Assembly (NCBI GenBank): GCA_964016885.1
Contig: CAXHJY010000096.1
Coordinates: 2,046,001-2,110,000, forward strand
DNA from: Eledone cirrhosa
Lineage: Eukaryota
DNA: 64,000 nt
Direction: 5' to 3'
Positions 56,501 through 64,000 of the stretch are shown one piece after another (the stretch's first letter is position 1; the number at the start of each line of letters is the position of its first letter). Position numbers and translations under genes: made by a program. Below the pieces are notes generated by a model. That model saw only the letters and a list, made by a program, of their open reading frames with translations. It was not told the origin of the DNA and did not search any database.

Positions 56501-59500
56501 AATTTGTAAAAAAATCAGGGGGAGATAATTTGTAAAAAAAATCAGGGGGAGATAATTTGTAAAAAAATTCATGGGGAGATAATTTGTAAAAAAAAATCAG
56601 GGGTAGATAATTTGTAAAAAAAAATCAGGGGGAGATAATTTGTAAAAAAAAATCAGGGGGAGATAATTTGTAAAAAAAATCAAGGGGAGATAATTTCCAG
56701 CCGTCCAAGGGGAGATAATTTTCAGCCGTCCAAGGAGAGGTAATTTCTAACCGTCCGAGGAGAGATAATTTCCAGCCGTCCAAGGGGAGATAATTTCCAG
56801 CCGTCCAAGGGGAGATAATTTCCAGCCGTCCAAGGAGACATATTTTCCAGCCGTCCAAGGAGAGGTAATTTCTAGCCGTCCAAGGGGAGATAAATTCCAG
56901 CCTCCAAGGGGAGATAATTTCCAGCCAGCCAAATGGAGATAATTTGTAAAAAAATCAGGGGGAGATAATTTGCAAAAAAAATCAGGGGGAGATAATTTGT
57001 AAAAAATAATCAGGGGGAGATAATTTCCAGCCGTCCAAGGGGAGATAATTTAAAAAAAAATCAGGCGGAGATAATTTGTAAAAAAAAATCAGGGGGAGAT
57101 AATTTGTAAAAAAAAATCAGGGGGAGATAATTTGTAAAAAAAATCAAGGGGAGATAATTTCCAGCCGTCCAAGGGAAGATAATTTCCAGCCCTCCAAGGG
57201 GCTATAATTTCCAGTGTCCAAGGGGAGATAATTTCCAGCCAGCGAAGGGGAGATAATTTTTTTTAAAAAATCATTGGGAGATTTGTAAAAAAAATCAGGG
57301 GGAGATAATTTGTAAAAAAAATCAAGGGGAGATAATTTCCAGCCGTCCAAGGGGAGGTAATATCTAGCCGTCCAAGGGGAGATAATTTCCAGCCGTCCAA
57401 GGGGAGATAATTTCCAGCCGTCCCAGGGTAGATAATATCCAGCCGCCCAAGGACATATTTTCCAGCCGTCCAAGGAGAGGTAATTTCTAGCCGTCCAAGG
57501 GGAGATAAATTCCAGCCTCCAAGGGGAGATAATTTCCAGCCAGCCAAGGGGAGATAATTTGTAAAAAAATCAGGGGGAGATAATTTGTAAAAAAAATCAG
57601 GGGGAGATAATTTGTAAAAAAAAATCAGGGGGAGATAATTTGTAAAAAAAAATCAGGGGGAGATAATTTGCAAAAAAAATCAGGGGGAGATAATTTGTAA
57701 AAAAAAATCAGGGGTAGATAATTTGTAAAAAAAAATCAGGGGGAGATAATTTGTAAAAAAAAATCAGGGGGAGATAATTTGTAAAAAAAATCAAGGGGAG
57801 ATAATTTCCAGCCGTCCAAGGAGAGATAATTTAAAAAAAAATCAGGCGGAGATAATTTGTAAAAAAAAATCAGGGGGAGATAATTTGTAAAAAAAATCAG
57901 GGGGAGATAATTTGTAAAAAAAAATCAGGGGTAGATAATTTGTAAAAAAAAATCAGGGGGAGATAATTTGTAAAAAAAAATCAGGGGGAGATAATTTGTA
58001 AAAAAAATCAAGGGGAGATAATTTCCAGCCGTCCAAGGAGAGATAATTTTAAAAAAAATCAGGCGGAGATAATTTGTAAAAAAAAATTAGGGGGAGATAA
58101 TTTGTAAAAAAAAATCAGGGGGAGATAATTTGTAAAAAAAATCAAGGGGAGATAATTTCCAGCCGTCCAAGGGGAGATAATTTTCAGCCGTCCAAGGGGA
58201 GATAATTTCCCGCCAGCCAAGGGAAGATAATATTCAAAAAAATCAGGCGGAGATAATTTGTAAAAAAAATCAGGGGGAGATAATTTGTAAAAAAATCAGG
58301 GGGAGATAATTTGTAAAAAAAAAAATCAGGGGGAGATAATTTGTAAAAAAAATCAGGGGGAGATAATTTGTAAAAAAAAATCAGGGGTAGATAATTTGTA
58401 AAAAAAAATCAGGGGGAGATAATTTGTAAAAAAAAATCAGGGGGAGATAATTTGTAAAAAAAATGAAAGGGGAGATAATATCCAGCCGTCCAAGGGGAGA
58501 TAATTTCCAGCCGTCCAAGGGGAGATAATTTCCAGCCGTCCAAGGGGAGATAATTTCCATCCTTCCAAGGGGATATAATTTCCAGCCGTCCAAGGGGAGA
58601 TAATTTCCATCCTTCCAAGGGGATATAATTTCCAGCCGTCCAAGGGGAGATAATTTTCAGCCGTCCAAGGAGAGGTAATTTCTAGCCGTCCAAGGAGAGA
58701 TAATTTCCAGCCGTCCAAGGGGAGATAATTTCCAGCCGTCCAAGGGGAGATAATTTCCAGCCGTCCAAGGAGACATATTTTCCAGCCGTCCAAGGAGAGG
58801 TAATTCCTAGCCGTCCAAGGGGAGATAAATTCCCGCCTCCAAGGGGAGATAATTTCCAGCCAGCCAAGGGGAGATAATTTGTAAAAAAAATCAGGGGGAG
58901 ATAATTTGTAAAAAAAATCAGGGGGAGATAATTTGTAAAAAAAAATCAGGGGGAGATAATTTGTAAAAAATAATCAGGGGGAGATAATTTGTAAAAAAAA
59001 TCAAGGGGAGATAATTTCCAGCCGTCCAAGGGGAGATAATTTTCAGCCGTCCAAGGGGAGATAATTTCCCGCCAGCCAAGGGAAGATAATATTTAAAAAA
59101 ATTAGGCGGAGATAATTTGTAAAAAAAATCAGGGGGAGATAATTTGTAAAAAAATCAGGGGGAGATAATTTGTAAAAAAAATCAGGGGGAGATAATTTGT
59201 AAAAAAAATCAGGGGGAGATAATTTGTAAAAAAAAATCAGGGGGAGATAATTTGTAAAAAAAATCAAGGGGAGATAATTTCCAGCCGTCCAAGGGAAGAT
59301 AATTTCCAGCCCTCCAAGGGGCTATAATTTCCAGCGTCCAAGGGGAGATAATTTCCAGCCAGCGAAGGGGAGATAATTTTTTTTAAAAAATCATTGGGAG
59401 ATTTGTAAAAAAAATCAGGGGGAGATAATTTGTAAAAAAAATCAAGGGGAGATAATTTCCAGCCGTCCAAGGGGAGGTAATATCTAGCCGTCCAAGGGGA

Positions 59501-59637
59501 GATAATTTCCAGCCGTCCAAGGGGAGATAATTTCCAGCCGTCCAAGGGTAGATAATATCCAGCCGTCCAAGGACATATTTTCCAGCCGTCCAAGGAGAGG
59601 TAATTTCTAGCCGTCCAAGGGGAGATAAATTCCAGCC
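35567..59637 (+). repeat. 24-kb tandem segmental duplication, copy 2
   Basis: Same markers as copy 1. It begins at the chimeric monomer AAATTCCAGCCGTCC (35561-35575). The equivalent end point is AAATTCCAGCCTCC at ~59628-59640. Confidence 0.95.
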
Positions 59638-60821
59638 TCCAAGGTGAGATAATTTCCAGCCAGCCAAGGGGAGATAATTTGTAAAAAAATCAGGGGGAGA
59701 TAATTTGTAAAAAAAATCAGGGGGAGATAATTTGTAAAAAAAAATCAGGGGGAGATAATTTGTAAAAAAAAATCAGGGGGAGATAATTTGTAAAAAAAAA
59801 TCAGGGGGAGATAATTTGTAAAAAAATCAAGGGGAGATAATTTCCAGCCGTCCAAGGGGAGATAATTTTCAGCCGTCCAAGGGGAGATAATTTCCCGCCA
59901 GCCAAGGGAAGATAATATTTGAAAAAATCAGGCGGAGATAATTTGTAAAAAAAATCAGGGGGAGATAATTTGTAAAAAAATCAGGGGGAGATAATTTGTA
60001 AAAAAAAAATCAGGGGGAGATAATTTGTAAAAAGAATCAGGGGGAGATAATTTGTAAAAAAAAATCAGGGGTAGATAAATTGTAAAAAAAAATCAGGGGG
60101 AGATAATTTGTAAAAAAAATCAGGGGGAGATAATTTGTAAAAAAAATGAAAGGGGAGATAATATCCAGCCGTCCAAGGGGAGATAATTTCCAGCCGTCCA
60201 AGGGGAGATAATTTCCAGCCGTCCAAGGGGAGATAATTTCCATCCTTCCAAGGGGATATAATTTCCAGCCGTCCAAGGGGAGATAATTTCCCGCCAGCCA
60301 AGGGAAGATAATTTTTAAAAAAATCAGGCGGAGATTGTAAAAAAAATCAGGGGGGAGATAATTTGTAAAAAAATCAGGGGGAGATAATTTGTAAAAAAAA
60401 ATCAGGGGGAGATAATTTGTTAAAAATAATCAGGGGGAGATAATTTGTAAAAAAAAATCAAGGGGAGATAATTTCCAGCCGTCCAAGGGGAGATAATTTC
60501 CCGCCAGCCAAGGGAAGATAATATTTAAAAAAATTAGGCGGAGATAATTTGTAAAAAAAATCAGGGGGAGATAATTTGTAAAAAAATCAGGGGGAGATAA
60601 TTTGTAAAAAAAATCAGGGGGAGATAATTTGTAAAAAAATTCATGGGGAGATAATTTGTAAAAAAAAATCAGGGGTAGATAATTTGTAAAAAAAAATCAG
60701 GGGGAGATAATTTGTAAAAAAAAATCAGGGGGAGATAATTTGTAAAAAAAATCAAGGGGAGATAATTTCCAGCCGTCCAAGGGGAGATAATTTTCAGCCG
60801 TCCAAGGAGAGGTAATTTCTA
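52570..60821 (+). repeat. ~4.05-kb tandem duplication, both copies complete (left boundary approximate)
   Basis: Offsets 52581/56625 (4044), 54336/58381 (4045), 55965/60037 (4072). Identity ends at CTAA (56750) versus CTAG (60822). Confidence 0.9.
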
Positions 60822-63800
60822 GCCGTCCAAGGGGAGATAATTTCCAGCCGTCCAAGGGGAGGTAATTTCCAGCCGTCCAAGGGGAGATAATTTAAAAAAA
60901 AAAATCAGGCGGAGATAATTTGTAAAAAAAATCAAGGGGAGATAATTTGCAGCCGTCCAAGGGGAGATAATTTTCAGTCGTCCAAGGAGAGGTAATTTCT
61001 AGCCGTCCAAGGGGAGATAATTGCCAGCCGTCCAAGGGGAGATAATTTCCAGCCGTCCAAGGGGAGATAATTTTTTTTAAAAAATCAGGCGGAGATAATT
61101 TGTAAAAAAAATCAGGGGGAGATAATTTGTAAACAAAATCAGGGGGAGATAATTTGTAAAAAAAAATCAGGGGGAGATAATTTGTAAAAAAAATCATGGA
61201 GAGATAATTTCCAGCCGTCCAAGGTGAGATAATTTCCAGCCTTCCAAGGAGACATATTTTCCAGCCGTCCAAGGCGAGGTAATTTCTAGCCGTCCAAGGG
61301 GAGATAAATTCCAGCCTCCAAGGGGAGATAATTTCCAGCTAGCCAAGTGGAGATAATTTGTAAAAAAATCAGGGGGAGATAATTTGTAAAAAATATCAGG
61401 GAGATAATTTGTAAAAAAAATCAGGGGGAGATAATTTGTAAAAAAAATCAGGGGGAGATAATTTGTAAAAAAAAATCAGGGGGAGATAATTTGTAAAAAA
61501 AATCAAGGGGAGATAATTTCCAGCCGTCCAAGGGGAGATAATTTTCAGCCGTCCAAGGGGAGATAATTTCCCGCCAGCCAAGGGAAGAAAATATTTAAAA
61601 AAATCAGGCGGAGATAATTTGTAAAAAAAATCAGGGGGAGATAATTTGTAAAAAAATCAGGGGGAGATAATTTGTAAAAAAAAAATCAGGGGGAGATAAT
61701 TTGTAAAAAAAATCAGGGGGAGATAATTTGTAAAAAAAAATCAGGGATAGATAATTTGTAAACAAAAATCAGGGGGAGATAATTTGTAAAAAAAAATCAG
61801 GGGGAGATAATTTGTAAAAAAAATGAAAGGGGAGATAATATCCAGCCGTCCAAGGGGAGATAATTTCCAGCCGTCCAAGGGGATATAATTTCCAGCCGTC
61901 CAAGGGGAGATAATTTCCATCCTTCCAAGGGGATATAATTTCCAGCCGTCCAAGGGGAGATAATTTCCCGCCAGCCAAGGGAAGATAATTTTTAAAAAAA
62001 TCAGGCGGAGATTGTAAAAAAAATCAGGGGGGAGATAATTTGTAAAAAAATCAGGGGGAGATAATTTGTAAAAAATAATCAGGGGGAGATAATTTGTAAA
62101 AAAATTCAAGGGGAGATAATTTCCAGCCGTCCAAGGGGAGATAATTTCCCGCCAGCCAAGGGAAGATAATATTTAAAAAAATTAGGCGGAGATAATTTGT
62201 AAAAAAAATCAGGGGGAGATAATTTGTAAAAAAATCAGGGGGAGATAATTTGTAAAAAAAATCAGGGGGAGATAATTTGTAAAAAAAATCATGGGGAGAT
62301 AATTTGTAAAAAAAAATCAGGGGTAGATAATTTGTAAAAAAAAATCAGGGGGAGATAATTTGTAAAAAAAAATCAGGGGGAGATAATTTGTAAAAAAAAT
62401 CAAGGGGAGATAATATCCAGCCGTCCAAGGAGAGATAATTTAAAAAAAAAATGAGGCGGAGATAATTTGTAAAAAAAAAATCAGGGGGAGTTAATTTGTA
62501 AAAAAAAATGAGGGGGAGATAATTTGTAAAAAAAATCAAGGGGAGATAATTTCCAGCCGTCCAAGGGGAGATAATTTTCAGCCGTCCAAGGAGAGGTAAT
62601 TTCTAGCCGTCCAAGGGGAGATAATTTCCAGCCGTCCAAGGGGAGGTAATTTCCAGCCGTCCAAGGGGAGATAATTTAAAAAAAAAAATCAGGCGGAGAT
62701 AATTTGTAAAAAAAATCAAGGGGAGATAATTTGCAGCCGTCCAAGGGGAGATAATTTTCAGTCGTCCAAGGAGAGGTAATTTCTAGCCGTCCAAGGGGAG
62801 ATAATTTCCAGCCGTCCAAGGGGAGATAATTTCCAGCCGTCCAAGGGGAGATAATTTTTTTTAAAAAATCAGGCGGAGATAATTTGTAAAAAAAATCAGG
62901 GGGAGATAATTTGTAAACAAAATCAGGGGGAGATAATTTGTAAAAAAAAATCAGGGGGAGATAATTTGTAAAAAAAATTAGGCGTAGATAATTTGTAAAA
63001 AAAAATCAGGGGGAGATAATTTGTAAAAAAAAATCAGGGGGAGATAATTTGTTTAAAAAATCAAGGGGAGATAATTTGCAGCCGTCCAAGGGGAGATAAT
63101 TTTCAGCCGTCCAAGGAGAGGTAATTTCTAGCCGTTCAAGGGGAGATAATTTCCAGCCGTCCAAGGGGAGATAATTTTTTTTAAAAAATCAGGCGGAGAT
63201 AATTTGTAAAAAAAAATCAGGGGGAGATAATTCGTAAAAAAAAATCAGGGGGAGATAATTTGTAAAAAAAAATCAGGGGGAGATAATTTGTAAAAAAAAT
63301 CAAGGGGAGATAATTTCCAGCCGTCCAAGGGGAGGTAATATCTAGCCGTCCAAGGGGAGATAATTTCCAGCCGTCCAAGGGGAGATAATTTCCAGCCGTC
63401 CAAGGGGAGATAATTTCCAGCTGTCCAAGGAGACATATTTTCCAGCCGTCCAAGGCGAGGTAATTTCTAGCCGTCCAAGGAGAGATTAATTCCAGCCTCC
63501 AAGGGGAGATAATTTCCAGCCAGCCAAGGGGAGATAATTTGTAAAAAAATCAGGGGGAGATAATTTGTAAAAAATATCAGGGAGATAATTTGTAAAAAAA
63601 AATCAGGGGGAGATAATTTGTAAAAAAAATCAGGGGGAGATAATTTGTAAAAAAAAATCAGGGGGAGATAATTTGTAAAAAAAATCAAGGGGAGATAATT
63701 TCCAGCCGTCCAAGGGGAGATAATTTTCAGCCGTCCAAGGAGAGGTAATTTCTAACCGTCCGAGGAGAGATAATTTCCAGCCGTCCAAGGGGAGATAATT

Positions 63801-64000
63801 TCCAGCCGTCCAAGGGGAGATAATTTCCAGCCGTCCAAGGAGACATATTTTCCAGCCGTCCAAGGAGAGGTAATTTCTAGCCGTCCAAGGGGAGATAAAT
63901 TCCAGCCTCCAAGGGGAGATAATTTCCAGCCAGCCAAGGGGAGATAATTTGTAAAAAAATCAGGGGGAGATAATTTGCAAAAAAAATCAGGGGGAGATAA
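60300..64000 (+). repeat. Diverged paralog of 49.1-52.9 kb (and 25.1-28.9 kb); its last ~1.2 kb also matches positions 1-1250
   Basis: ORF markers 50797/61741 and 451/28152/52168/63217. Shared rare variants: TGAGGCGG, TTAGGCGTAG, GTTTAAAAAA, GCCGTTCAAG, ATTCGTAAA. Confidence 0.85.

Larger units (their letters stand above)
1..64000 (+). repeat. Composite two-monomer satellite array (type A 25 bp, type B ~27-28 bp, shared 16-bp core), head-to-tail, running off both window ends
   Basis: Every line parses into CAAGGGGAGATAATTTCCAGCCGTC (e.g. 1-25, 26-50), CAGGGGGAGATAATTTGT(A)nT, or 1-3-change variants of these. I saw no unique sequence and no reverse-complement core. Confidence 0.99.

Noticed and set aside
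52168-63217. Apparent universal ~7-kb period (11,049 minus 4,072 = 6,977, close to the 6,975-7,004 offsets elsewhere)
   Set aside because: Block content and order differ between the two ~7-kb segments, so the length match is probably coincidental.
451-63937. Many short minus-strand ORFs (61-191 aa) with PLDGWKLSPLGRLEIISPWTAGNYL and FFYKLSPPD repeats
   Set aside because: They are translations of the satellite. The consensus A monomer has no stop on the minus strand, and 3 x 25 bp gives a 25-aa period in all three frames. The ORFs overlap in different frames and are broken by random A-tract lengths. The plus strand is closed by TAA in each core.
1-64000. CRISPR-like repeat-spacer appearance
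   Set aside because: The 'spacers' are only 9-14 bp and of two recurring types, not unique. There is no leader and no cas gene.
1-64000. Canonical G-quadruplex array
   Set aside because: The G-runs are separated by about 20-24 nt, far beyond the usual 1-7-nt loops. Long-loop or intermolecular structures cannot be supported from sequence alone.
1-64000. GGAG motifs as ribosome-binding sites, A-tracts as terminators or retroposon tails
   Set aside because: These are integral parts of the monomers. There are no downstream ORFs, stem-loops, target-site duplications or element bodies.
1-64000. Host or family assignment (the GGGAGATAA motif is reminiscent of some invertebrate, e.g. mollusc, repeats)
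   Set aside because: This is an unverified recollection about a short motif. It needs a database search.

Overview
The whole 64-kb window is one uninterrupted, single-orientation satellite/minisatellite array of roughly 2,400 monomers, with no credible gene, RNA gene, CRISPR array or transposon. It has two monomer types that share a 16-bp core, CA(A/G)GGGGAGATAATTT. Type A (25 bp) is CAAGGGGAGATAATTT-CCAGCCGTC. Type B (26-30 bp, mostly 27-28) is CAGGGGGAGATAATTT-GT(A)7-11T. They alternate in short runs with stereotyped junction monomers. Diagnostic variants show a nested duplication hierarchy (50, 97, 411, 498, 744 bp, ~4.05 kb, 6,178 bp, 7,000 bp and a near-identical 24,016-bp tandem duplication). 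Several breakpoints and the relative order of events can be read from the sequence. All ORFs in the track are translation artefacts of the repeat. The scale suggests eukaryotic heterochromatic (centromeric or subtelomeric) DNA, but I cannot identify the host or the repeat family.
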